Below are positions 41,175 to 53,951 of a DNA stretch of 64,000 nucleotides, one piece after another. Source of the stretch: Octopus vulgaris (Eukaryota). Each line of letters starts with the position of its first letter. Position 1 is the first letter of the stretch. The notes beneath the pieces are model-generated. The model saw nothing but the letters and a program-made list of their open reading frames with translations. It was not told the origin of the DNA and did not search any database. Made by a program: the position numbers and the translations under genes. The stretch covers positions 35,216,001 to 35,280,000 of the forward strand of contig OX597831.1 of assembly GCA_951406725.2 (NCBI GenBank), written 5' to 3'.

Positions 41175-41610
41175 TTTTCTTTAAATTTTGTTTCCATTTT
41201 TTGCCTAGTGTCTTCCCGACACCTAGGGCAAAAAACTCACTGTTTACATTGATAGGCCATTAAAATCAATACACTAGATTGTTCATTTACGAACTCAAAT
41301 GATGTTTTGTAGAGAAAAAAAACAAAGAAAAAGAACATTTACATGGTAATTGTTCTCGCAACAACAATTCTCTTCTCAGTACATGTGACATACCAGTTAA
41401 AACATTCTGTTGCATCTCTTACAGAAATGGTAAACCAGGCATCATTCTCTTTCGGTTTCTTTTCTATCATTCCAAGTGCTCCTATAATCACTGGTGTTGT
41501 AACCACCTTGAGATGCCATACCTTTATGATTTCAACAAGCAAATCATTATATTTTCTGAACTTGTCATAAATTCTTTTGGCAAGATCTTATGATCACAAG
41601 GAATACTCAT
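41175..41610 (-). mobile_element. RLE-endonuclease LINE (R4/Dong-like) 3' fragment
   Basis: KFRKYNDLLVEI..VW....TPVIIGALGMI; 3' end abuts (TAA)n; similar + strand fragment at 27980-28160 (VVPIVISALGTISK). Confidence 0.7.
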
Positions 41611-44600
41611 GATTCATTGTGATTTAGCAGAATTTGACCTCAGAAATTTCTCTGAGGTCGACTTTGCCTTTCATCCTTGATTAATGGTAACAATGATTTC
41701 AAATTTTGGCACAAAGCCAGCAATTTCAGGTGGTGGGAGTAAATCGATTACATTCACCCCAGTGTTCAACTAATACTTATTTTAGCGACCCTGATAGGAT
41801 GAAAGGCAAACTCGACCTCAGTGGAATTTGAGCACAGAACATGAAGACAGACAGAATGCTGCTAAGCATTTTTCCCAGCATGTTAATGATTCTGCCAGCT
41901 CACTGTCTTAATAATAATAATAATAATTCGTTCGTTTATTGGCCACAAGGGCTAACAAAAATCAATTAAAACATAAGGGGACAAAACGCAGGACGAAAGT
42001 TACAAAGGGTTTTGTCCGTTTGAAAAAGTCCGTGTACAAAAGCAGAATAACAACGAAATATAAGTAACAATTAAAACTTCCAATAGGGGGAGGCGCTTCG
42101 AAAGGTTACTTGTGGAAAAACCCATAAAAGCCACGGGAGCCTGGTCAAAAGTTGGGTAAATAATAATAAGAAGAAGAATCCTTTCTTCTCTTAGGCACAA
42201 ACCCGAAATTTGTGGGGAGGACTAAGTCGATTACATTGATCCCAGTGCATTACTGGTACTTATTTGATTGACCCCGAAAGGATGAAAGGCACAGTTGACC
42301 TGAGTGGGATTTGAATTCTGAAAGTATAGATTTGAAAGAAATCCTACTGAGAAACTCTTATGTTTCACCAACAATTCTACCGGCTGAGATGGTACTTTAG
42401 TTTACTAAGTCTGAAAGAAAGAAAGGCAAAGTTGATTTTAGTGGGGTTTGAACTCAGAATGTAAAGAGCTAGAACAAATACTGCTGAGTACTTTTTTTTT
42501 TTTCTGGCACGGTAACAAGTGTGCCAAAGTGGAAAACTAAAACAACAATAAATAAATAAAGATTATTTGTTTGTTTTGCGATAGAGCTTGCAAATGGAGA
42601 CGAACATGTAATAGTTCAAACTTCAAAAATAATATCAATATTTACATATTTATGAGAGGTAATTCTTATTGTGTAAGGCAAACCATATGGCGCACGCACA
42701 CACATCCACAAACACACGCACACTCACTGTCAGGCAGAGAATCACACATACACAAACACTGAGACATGCACACAGAAAATATTTCCATTATTAATCAGTC
42801 CATACAGTGAATGGAAAAATTTAGTGTTTTAAGATGAGGTGACTTCTGTTTGTGGAATAAATGAGTAACTACTATTGCAAACAGTTTTGTATATAATATG
42901 TAGCACAGAGGAAAAAAGACACCTGTAGTTGCTGTTATTGTTTAGCCCAGTGTTTCTCACAGTGGATATCAGGGCTTTCTTTTGGTGGGATGGCTGTGGG
43001 GGTTAAAAAGAGGACAGATAAATTGTTATGTTTAACCATTTCACTGCCATATTTTTGTTGAAATATACTGCCTTTGATTCAGTTAGTTTCAAAAACAATG
43101 TTGTCATTATCAAATTGGTGTTTAAGGCAGCGAGCTGGCAGAATCATTAGCACATCAAGCAAAAGTGCTTAGCAGTATTTTGTCCAGCTTTACATTCTGA
43201 GTTCAAATTCTGACAAGGTTGACTTTGCCTTTCATCTTTTTGGTGGTTGATAAATTAAGTGCCAGTGAAACACTGGGTTGATGTAATCAACTAGTCCCTT
43301 GTTCCAAATTTTCAGGCTTTGTGCCTTTAATAGAAAGAATTATTAAATTGGTGTTTGCAATAAGAATTAGCTTGAGGGAAGGTTTTATTCCAGATCACTT
43401 TAAACCGAATGTTTCTCTCAAAGAGCTTGGAGCCATCACTTCAAACAGAATGTTTCTATTGACAAGCTAGGGGCCATAACTTTAAAAGGAACGTTACAAT
43501 GAAAGAGCCAGGAGCCTTCACTTTAAACAATGTTTCTATCAAAGAGCTTGGGGCAGTCTCAGATGGGTTGATCTCAAAAGGATTAACTCTTTTGTTACCA
43601 TATTTCTGAAGTACACCACCCTTGAAGATTAGGTAAATACCCTTTGAAGATGAAAAAAGAGCAACCAATAAGCCACTATTTAGAATTGGATCCTATACCT
43701 CTCAAATTCTGGTTGAGCGTCAATTAGTTTAATGGTACCGAGCACTCGGCCGGAATTTCTGAGGTACAGACTTTGATTCTTTGTAACAGTTTGCTAACCA
43801 CATTTTCCCATCTTCTAATCTTTTAAGTTGATTTCATTTTCCCATCTTCTGATCTTTTAAGCTGATTTCACAGCTATTCTGCATTTAAGATTCCATTTAT
43901 TTTCTGCGAAATACCAACTCACTTGCCATTTTAAAGTTTGTTCATAAAAATGGGATCATTTTTGTTCGGCTTCCAATTTTCAGTTTCTTCAATTTTTGTT
44001 CAAATTGATTTCAAATTTGGTTTATTGGTGTAGTTTTGTATGGTAATCATTGACAGGAAATTCATTTTCATCATAAATCAATAAACATAGAGTTAATAGC
44101 TTTTAAAGTTTGCAAATTTTGAGTAATTTTAGCCAATTGAAAGCCGCTGACTTATAGGTGCCTGTTTCCATAGTAACAAACTAAATTGCTTACCCCTCTA
44201 TTGCTGTCCTGTCAAGCCACATGGTCGTTTTTTGCTAACTAAATTGCTTAAAACAAACTATGAGGTGGTTGTGAGATGTGCTACTAATAACAGCCAAACA
44301 GGCCTTAAATCATGCACCAATTTTTTTTTTTTAGTTTTTGCATAATCATATGAACTACATATGTAGAATAAAAATTCGCAAAAATTTTCTAAAAATTCAA
44401 AAAAAAAAATGAAACAGCTATGAGAAGTTATATGGCATATGTAAAGCAGAATTCTTCCTGTATTTCATTTGTTTACAGTTGACAACATGTGCAGTCATGC
44501 ACAAAATGACAGCTTCCAAATCTTGTTTTCTGACTGGGTAAAAATGATCAAACTTTAAACCTCTATAACTTTTTCCCAAAAAATTTTTCCTGGAAAAAAG

Positions 44601-47107
44601 TGAAATATCTCCTGAGATTCAACAGTCTCAGGCATGTTGGTAACAAAGGGGATTAATAGGATTAAGGTGGTTTTAAATTTCGAAGTTTGTTCAACCCCAC
44701 GACAATAACAATAACAGAAAAATTTGACATTCATGAGATAGTAACATCAATTCCCAGACTGGGTTGTGTGTTGTTGTGTTCTTGAGCAAGACACCTTATT
44801 TCACATTACTCCTGTCCACTCAGCTGTAGAAATGAGCTGTGCCATCACTGGTGTCAAGCTGTATCAGCCTTTGTCTTTCCCTTGGATAACATCAGTGGCA
44901 TGGAGAAGGGAGGCTGGTATGCGTGGGTGACTGTTGGTTTTCCATAATCAACCTTACCTGGACTTGTGCCTCTGAAGGTAACTTTGTAGGTACAACCCCA
45001 TGATCATTCATGACCAAAGGGTGACTTTATCCACATATATATATGTGTGTGTTTGTACACCCCCACCCCACCAGTTAGCGTCCAGTGTTGATCTGTTTAT
45101 GTCCCTCATAACTTAGCAATTCATCAAAAAGAGAATGATAGAATAAGTAGCGGGTGCTTAAAAAATAAATCTTGGCTAGATTTGTTTGACTAAAAAAAAA
45201 AAAAAAAAACCCTTGAAGGTGGTGTTCCAGCATGGCCACAGTCCAGTAACTGAAACAGGTGAAAGAGAAAAGATATGTTAGGGTGAGGAGAGATGCGCAG
45301 GTGATGATTAACCTTTGTTAGGCCTCTCTGGTAGGTGTGAGTGATGTGATCAATGACCAGCCTGAACATCTGGCAGTAAAAAAAAAATAACCATGGCTTG
45401 GATCCAAAGTTCTGGCCTAAATATTTACAGCAGAGTGAAATTTATCTGCTAAAAAGCACCCAAACTGCTGGCTAGTTGTCTGAAAAAGCTAGCTGGTTGT
45501 TTTAGGTCTGCACCAAGGTTTTAATTTCATTGTTGTTACACTTATGAATAGTCTTGGTAGTCCAAAAGTCAGTCATTTGAGAAGGGACAGTACCCATGGT
45601 ATTTGCAACCCCTACTAGACTGGTGAGTTTAATGTAGCTGGAACATTTCATCGTCGTCATCATCATGGTTATGGTTAATGTCATCCTCATCACCATTTAA
45701 TGTCCACTTTTCCATGCTCGCATGGGTCAGATGGAATTTGTTGAGGTAGATTTTTCTCTCATTGGATGCCCCTGCTTGTCGCCAGCCCTTACCTATTTCC
45801 AAGCTAGGAAATATTTCCCCACGATTAGACATGTTTGTTGTGGATGACTGGAAATGGACAACACCGCTTGTACGACTGTGAGGCTCCTAGTTTGTTAAAA
45901 TGACCAACATGTGTTTCTGCTACTCATCATCATCATCATCACCATCCGTCCACACTAAACTCATCTTAGGACATCTGTGTTACCATTTGACAGATGTACC
46001 ATCCTAGTCAAACACCCTGACCAACACTGTTCTCAACAAAGGGTTACGCATCAGCTGTGTTGGCACCCATCAAAGTGCTCAACATGCACAGCACGCTTTG
46101 CATCAGATAACGAGCCTTTGCTCAATGAAGGCCTGATCCCTTCAGGGCCGTAGTAGAAGACACTTACCGAAGGTGCTTCACAGTGGACCTAAGCTCAAAA
46201 CCACATACTTAAGAAGCAAACATCTCTACCACATAGCTATGCCTGTTTCAGGTCAATATTTGTAGAAAATATTCAAGTGGTGGGAGAGGATTCCCTGGTT
46301 GTTGCAGTTGTAAGGGAAAAGAACTGGAGAAAGTATTTAGTTAAGCTTAAAAGATGATAATATAATCTCTCTTTGTCTGTCTCTCAGTTTCTCTGTTTCT
46401 ATTTCTCTCTATATCTCTCTCTCTCCAAAGAACTCTGTTTAGTTGAAAAAAAAACTGTTGCCTTTACATGTTCCCTTGAAAGTGTAGGCCTTTAGCATTT
46501 GAATTAGCCAGATCCAACCCAAATATTCTGCCTGTTTTATGTTCAAGTTGGCCAGATCTAGCCTTTCACAACTACCCTACAATGTCAGCAGTATAATAGT
46601 TTCACTTTTCATAACACTATAGTTTCACTTTTATTGTTTCACATTTATTTCACTAATTGTTTCATTTCTATTCTTTTTGTCTGTGTGCGTGTGTTTCCTC
46701 TATGCACAGCCAAACTGGCTTTCTGGAAATTACGCCTGGAAACTATGTCTAGAAATTTCTCCCCTAGCTATACGGCCTATTCTGCACAGCCAAACCACTG
46801 GATCAATCTATACCAAAGTTGGCATGAAGGTGTTTTCATTACTCAGGGAAGGTTCTAGGGAGAGTGTCACTAAATGTTTACCTTTTTAAAAAGCAGAAAT
46901 GTGTTTTACATACCTGTCGTATATGTCAATTTTATTTTTTCACTTTAAAGGTAACCGATTCTGATAGAAATGAACACGATATTGAATAATTCTCTGTCAT
47001 ATGTGTATGACCCCACCTCTTTTTTTTTTTAAAGTGTAGACACTTTTTAATTGTAATAGTGAAACAAGAGGTTTACTCCCTTAATGTCAAAATTCATTTC
47101 TCTTCAG

Positions 47108-47389
47108 AAATATAAGGGTGACGATGTCTTCATTCCACAGATACCACCAATCCCATCTTAATTTAAACAGCTCCAGTTCCCAGTGAAACTAAGTTTTGCT
47201 ATGTCCATAAACAAATCTCAAGCGCAATCTCTCAACGTTGTTGGTCTTAATCTTGCTTCATGTTGCTTCTCTCATTGGCAGTTATATTTGGGATGTTTGT
47301 GAGTTGGAAGTCCCAAAACTCTTTTTCTTTGTACACCAATTGAAGGACACACTGAAAACATTGTATATTTAGAAGTTCTACAAAATTAA
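47108..47389 (+). pseudogene. Helitron PIF1-like helicase C-terminal remnant (element about 46660-47520)
   Basis: VFIPQIP...QFPVKLSFAMSINKSQAQSLNVVGL...FSHWQLY...TENIVYLEVL with 2 internal stops. Confidence 0.85.
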
Positions 47390-47518
47390 ACTGTGATTGA
47401 TTTCAAGATTTGTTTTAATAACTTTGTTTATATTCACGTCATCTGACAGAATTTTTTTTTTTATCAGAATAAATATATCTATTTCCTTTAACATTCTTTA
47501 AACTTCCGGGTACTTTAG

Positions 47519-47566
<48 letters not shown>

Positions 47567-47669
47567 CAAATTAGAGACAAAACCACTATTATGCAAATCA
47601 AACAAAGAAAGACTTAATCCAATACATAAATTAATTTATATTATTTAGTAATTTAACAATTATTAATAT

Positions 47670-47733
47670 CCACTACGATCGTTTCATGTCTTCTTTTCAT
47701 CACATCTTTGAGTAGTAGACATTCTTCAGGTGG
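47670..47733 (-). ncRNA. Minimal type-I hammerhead ribozyme motif (Penelope-like-element type), intact core
   Basis: Minus strand reads CCAC-CUGAAGA-AUGUCU[loop]AGACAU-GAAAC-GAUC-GUA/GUGG: stem I 4 bp, stem II 6 bp, palindromic stem III ACGAUCGU. Confidence 0.8.
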
Positions 47734-48000
47734 TTTCAAATCTAAAATATAATCAATATTTTTAAGATATAAATAATCTATATAATCTAAAAAAAATAAT
47801 TTACTTATAATAAACTCTATTATTAAATATGATTATATCGAAATCGACTATAATGTTAAATATTAACTTTAATTTATAAGGTAGAAAATCCATATTCTAA
47901 AATCCATTTTAGTCTATATCTACTTATAAATTTTACTATAAATTGGATTCAATCCTAAATCTGATTTTTCCCTGTAAGTTTGGATTTATTCCCTAATATT

Positions 48001-48031
<31 letters not shown>

Positions 48032-48072
48032 GCAATGTATATGCATATGTATGTTTCCTTAACTTGATTTAC

Positions 48073-48178
48073 ATGACAAAATATACAAAGATTCGAGAGT
48101 ATCCTTTATTAGAAACAGCACTGTTCTTCTTGATGTCTTACAGTACGTTCCAAGCTGCCGAGGCTGCTGGACTGACAG
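48073..48178 (+). CDS. SLC9A6/7/9: NHE exon: [35 protein letters not shown]
   Basis: Preceded by TTCCTTAAC branch site and ttAC acceptor; GTacgt donor; 106 nt. Confidence 0.94.
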
Positions 48179-51100
48179 GTACGTTGGTGATGTGGTGTCC
48201 TTAATGAGTGGTCAGTTAGTAAATGGGTGAATGCAGATAATGGTGGAAGTGTGTGAGAGTGTAAATATTTGTCTGTGTGCGTGTATGTTCACTTATCTAT
48301 ATGTCTGCATATGAAAATGCTGTATATGCATATTAAGGTAATTATTATGGTATTGTTTGGCTCCAGACAGGCCCTAATCAAGCTGACATGGCCAAAAATG
48401 ATTCCGCCATGACCTTCTTGTTCATTTTCTTCCTAGATGCTAGCGCCCTAGGGATTGCATATTTGAATATGTTCTTATTTCTTAAATGTTAGGTGTAATT
48501 AAATGTTAGCTGATAGCTGCTATTTCTAGCAGGTTAAGTCACTACATAAGAACTCCCTTTTTGGTTTGATGTAATATGTGTGCACATTGTTTGCTTTTTC
48601 TGCATGTTTGTGTGTGTGTGTATCTTAATTTATGCATATGAGTAAGCACTGTAATGTAAGCATATGTATGTGTATGTACATAATGCAATATGAAAATTGT
48701 GTGTGTATGTATGTGAAGTGAAGGCGTATAGCTCTGTGGTTAGAGTGTCAAGCTCACAAACATGAGGTAGTGAGTTCAATTCCCAGAGCAGTCGGTGTGT
48801 TGTGTTCTTGAGCAAGACACTTTATTTCATGTTGCTCCATTTCACTCAGTCGTAGAAATGAATTGTGACATCACTGGTGCCAAGCTGTCTTTGTCTTTCC
48901 CTTGGACAAGCTATCTTTGCCCTTCTCTTAGACAACATTGGTGGTGTGGAAAGAGGAGGCTAGTATGCCTGGGTGACTGCTGGTCTTCCCTAAACAACCT
49001 TACCTGGACTTATGCCTTGGAGGGGAAATTTCTAGGTACAATCCCATGGTTATTCATGACCGAAGGGGGTCTTTACCCTTTTTACATATATGTAAATGGG
49101 TAAAAGTGTGTGTGTGTATGATTGAATTAATATGTGTACACATATGTGAAAATGTGTGTGTAATAGTAGTGCTTTTTATGTAAATAGGGACATGATATAT
49201 GTATACATGAGCAGAGAGTGTGTATGTGTGCATGCATGGTGAATGTGTATGTGTGTAGAATGTGTATGTGTATGCATGGTGACTATGCATGTATGCATGC
49301 TGGATATGGATGTGTGGTAGATGTATGTGTGTGCATGTGTGACAAATATTTGTGCATAGATATGTTGAATGTGTGTGTGTGTGGTGCATGTGTGTGCATA
49401 TGCATGGTGAATGTATGTGTATGTGTGATGAATGTTTGTACAGTGAATGCATATGTGCATGTATGGTGCACTATTCCTGTTTACAATCATCTATTGATCG
49501 ATTTTGTGCTTATTACTTCCTGATGTAATTAAAATTTATGATGTAACTAAGATTACCAAAGTTACGGTTTCAATCTTAATGACTCATTACCAATAATTGC
49601 AGACTTGTATTTGCTTTTGTTCTCTTATTGTTGTTTTAAACCATTATTTTTTTATTTATTTAATTTCCTCATTTTTCCTTTAAAGTGTTAATTTTTAGTT
49701 GATTCAAATTGGATTTTGATCAAGCACATACCTAAGTTTTGTAGAAAAAAAAATCAATAAATTACATTGACTCATTATATTACTGGTACTTATTTACCAA
49801 TCATTCTTATGAGATGAAGAACATGAAAGACATTTAGTGCAGCATCCTACTGTCTCAGTCAACTTTTTATAATTCATTAACAGCTTAAGATTTAATCCTT
49901 TAGCATTTAAACTGACCATATCTAACCAAAATATTCTTCCTGTTTTGCATTCAAAGCAACTAGATCTCCAACCTCTCACACCTACCCTGCAATGTCATTC
50001 CAAAAATAAACAGCCACATCATCAAAATCTTAAAGCTATGAGATAATGCATGACCAATTCAAAACAATATGAATAAATAAGTATTGCATTCGACTGTGTG
50101 ATCTGACTACTAAAGGATTGAAAATCAGTTCCTAAGCAGGGTCTCAAAGTTTTGGAACCCAGTCTCAAAGCCCAGTCTTTGAAGTCCAAACCTGAGGTTC
50201 CACTCTTCAAGTCCTTTTTAGAAAGATGGCTCAATGGTTAGAGTGTTGGGCGCACAATCATGAGGTGCTGAGTTCAATTCCCGGACCAGATTGTGTGTTG
50301 TGTTCTTGAGCAAGACACTTTTTATTTCATGCTGCTCCAGTTCACTCAGCTGTAGAAATGAGTTGCGACATCACTGGTGCCAAGCTTTTGCCTTTCTCTT
50401 GGATAATATCAGGGGTGTGGAGAGGGGATGCTGGTATGCATGTGCGTCTGCTGGTCTTCCATAAACAATCTTGCCCAGACTTGTGCTTTTAAGGGTAACT
50501 CTCTAGGTGCAATCCCATGGTCATTTGTGACCGAAGGGGGTCTTTACCCTTTAACCTTTAAGCCCAGTTTTGAAGTCACTTTTAGAAAGAAATTGATCAC
50601 AATAACTGAAGGACAGTAGAAGACTGGGATGGATGCTTCACTGGATCCACTTCATTGCCTTACTGACCTGAGTTCACATTTTGCATATATCGCTGCTGAT
50701 GCTTTTATGCCCCACTCTATTTCTCTCTCTCTTCAGAGTGAACAAAATGAATACCAGTTATATACTAATGTCTTATTTCATATGCTATAAATCTCTGTAG
50801 AAAAAAAAAAACCCCAAAAATCTTAGGATTAATCTAAATATTGGTTTGTAAATAAATTTGTTTATTCCACTTGACATCCGGTTGTCATATGTCTGGAAAG
50901 AAGTAAAATTTATTCAAATTATAAAAGTGATAGAGATGAAGTCTAGAGTGACAAAAATACCATCAAACAATACAGTAAAAATATTTTCTATTTTTAATTC
51001 AAATGACAATGGAAAGGATTAAAATAAATGGAAAGAAAAAACAACTTATCTGACAACTCTACACAGACACACACTCACAAATAATTTTATATAATATATA

Positions 51101-51229
51101 TATATAAATACATTACTGTTCTGTTTTAGAGCATGGTTCTTTTTAGAATATATGATACACTGATGATATATATATATATATATATATATAATAAATCTCT
51201 GAGCGAAGTATAAACAATAGCCGCATGAC

Positions 51230-51503
51230 GTTGTGAATTATATATGCCGCCTAAATGTGGCTAACCCTTAAGGGTTGATGCTACTGTAGCTTTTAACCCC
51301 CAGGAAGGCATCTCCAGCTGGCTATTGACACACTTTCTGGGTCCTCAGGCTGGAGATGGGAAAGATGACTTCCCTTTGCAAATACTGATAGGGCACAGAA
51401 AGTGTGTCAGTAGCTAGCTGGAGGAGATGTCATCCTGGGACTACAAGCTACAGCAGCATCAACCCTTAAGGGTTAGCCACATTTAGGTGGCAAATATACT
51501 TCA

Positions 51504-51556
<53 letters not shown>

Positions 51557-52273
51557 AGAGTAAGCACATAAATGTGAAACAAGGTGGGAAAAATAGTACT
51601 CAAATACCAGAGGTAGAGTAACATGCTTTATTCATGAAGCTGCAAAAACATCACAAAGCTGTCTGGTGAACGTGAAACTCTGCATTACAGTTTTTTTTTT
51701 ATGTCTTTGCAGCTTTATTAATCAAAGTGTGTATGTATTTATTTATATATATATAAATTAGAAAAAAACCCCACCTTTTATCAATTCAAAATGAACAATT
51801 AAATTACACCATCTAGAAAATTACATATAATAGAAATATAAAATAACAATAATATACCGATGATTACGTTTTATTTATTATTTTGCACATTACTTAATCA
51901 TCGGTATATTATTGTTATTTTATATTTAATATTTCTATTATATGCAATTTCTAGATGGTGTAATTTAATTGTTCATTTTGAATTGATAAAAGGTGGTTTT
52001 TTTCTAATTTCTATATATATATTATATTTTGTGAAATTTGATTTAGTATTTCTAAATTGAATTTTCCCCTGTAAGTTAGGAATAATATTCCCTCAAATTA
52101 TTATTATATATATACATATATATACATATATGTTTATTATTCTTAAATAAGAATGTTATTGACAGTGACTGACTTTGAAGTTTCAGCCAGCTAAGCCATC
52201 ATTGGATTGTTTGATGGTGGCAGCTGGCCAAAACTATGAAGCCACTGTCAATAATATTCCTGTTTAAGAATAG
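51230..52273. repeat. Cluster of four long fold-back (inverted repeat) elements, the first three separated by (TA)n
   Basis: Approximate spans 51230-51507, 51625-51725, 51750-52015, 52137-52273. Confidence 0.8.
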
Positions 52274-52413
52274 TAAATTTGTTCGCTGCAAAAGTGTGGA
52301 TAACCCATCAGGTTAATATAAAATTGTTTTTATTATAACTGAACATAGGAAAAAACATAAATACCATCATCATCATTATCTAACGTCTGTTTTTCCATGC
52401 TTCCATATTTCAG

Positions 52414-52502
52414 GAATTGTTGCTGTCCTATTTTGTGGTATTACTCAAGCTCATTATACTTATAACAATCTCTCGTCAGAATCGAAAGCGAGGACAAAAC
52501 AA
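52414..52502 (+). CDS. SLC9A6/7/9: NHE exon: (G)[29 protein letters not shown]
   Basis: tttcAG acceptor, GTaagt donor, 89 nt; not in the ORF track but the motif is clear. Confidence 0.96.
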
Positions 52503-53229
52503 GTAAGTAAAATGGATCAAGTGTTTCTGTGAGATTTTTATCAAGACCGCTGTGTTTGGCAAGCATTATGTAATGATTAGAGCCTGATTGGTGTAATTAC
52601 TCTAATTATGAATTTTTGTCTGTGAGTCGGCTCTTTCAAGTTGAAACTTGCTACACAAAGCTGTTTACCTGTTTGTCAGTGACTACACGCTTTGAACTGT
52701 TATATTGTATTTAAGGTGCAGACATAGCTGCGTGGTTTAGAGGATTGATTCCCAACTACATGGGTTCAGGTTCAGTCCCACTGTGCAACAGGTTGGGGTA
52801 ATTTCTTCCCCTATAACCCTGGGCTGACCAAATTTTTTTTGTGAATAGTATTGGTGAACAGAAACTGAAAGAAGCACATTGTATGTGTGTGTGCATATGC
52901 ATATATATTTATATTTATATGAGAAGGTACATGGTCTTGTGGACGGCCATATTGCACTTATGATTGTGAGTTTGTGGTTAAAATTCCCAGATCAGCTGCG
53001 TGTTGTGTTCTTGGGCAAATCACTTCTTTTCATGTTGCTCCATTCCTCCCAGATGTAAATGAGTAAGCCTGCAACAGACTAGACTTCTGATTAGGAGTAA
53101 TGTGGGCCTGCTCACCTAGCCAGCAGGGTGGCACCATTCAAAAGCTATAACAATGCAAAGGGCCTTGAGACCAGCAATGCATAATAGTATCCAATAGTCT
53201 GGTCAATCACATAATATTGTATATATATG

Positions 53230-53270
<41 letters not shown>

Positions 53271-53277
53271 ATATATA

Positions 53278-53308
<31 letters not shown>

Positions 53309-53528
53309 GTGTGTGTGTATATATATAAATAAGGATAAGATCGTTATTTAAAATACTGATCATATCAAGTGGCCAGCATGAGAATAAAAACCTTATAGGT
53401 ATTAATTATTTATTAAAATTATAATTAAGTGTATGTAAGAGATACTACTATGCTAGAGATAACATGGTTTTAGAGTCAAGTTTTGACTGCTATCTCTAGC
53501 ATGGGGGTATCTCTTAGATGCCCTTAAT

Positions 53529-53572
<44 letters not shown>

Positions 53573-53574
<2 letters not shown>

Positions 53575-53805
53575 GGCGGTGAACTGGCAGAAACGTTAGC
53601 ACGCCGGGCGAAATGCGTAGCTGTATTTCGTCTGCCGTTACGTTCTGAGTTCAAATTCCGCCGAGGTCGACTTTGCCTTTCATCCTTTCGGGGTCAATAA
53701 ATAAGGTACCAGTTACGCACTGGGGTCGATGTAATCGACTTAATTCCTTTGTCTGTCCTTGTTTGTCCCCTCTATGTTTAGCCCCTTGTGGGCAGTAAAG
53801 AAATA
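53573..53805 (+). mobile_element. SINE family B, near-consensus copy
   Basis: GGCGGTGAACTGGCAGAA head, GAGTTCAAATTCC B box, full tail. Confidence 0.88.
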
Positions 53806-53865
53806 TATATATATTAGTATTTTATAAGCTTAAAATATATATATATTAGTATTTTATAAGCTATA

Positions 53866-53899
<34 letters not shown>

Positions 53900-53909
53900 A
53901 TTTTATAAG

Positions 53910-53944
<35 letters not shown>

Positions 53945-53951
<7 letters not shown>

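Larger units (their letters stand above)
40565..48072 (+). other. U12-type AT-AC intron (7508 nt)
   Basis: 5'ss ATATCCTTT (40565-40573), branch TTCCTTAAC (48055-48063), 3' AC (48071-48072); phase 0 join keeps the frame. Confidence 0.93.
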
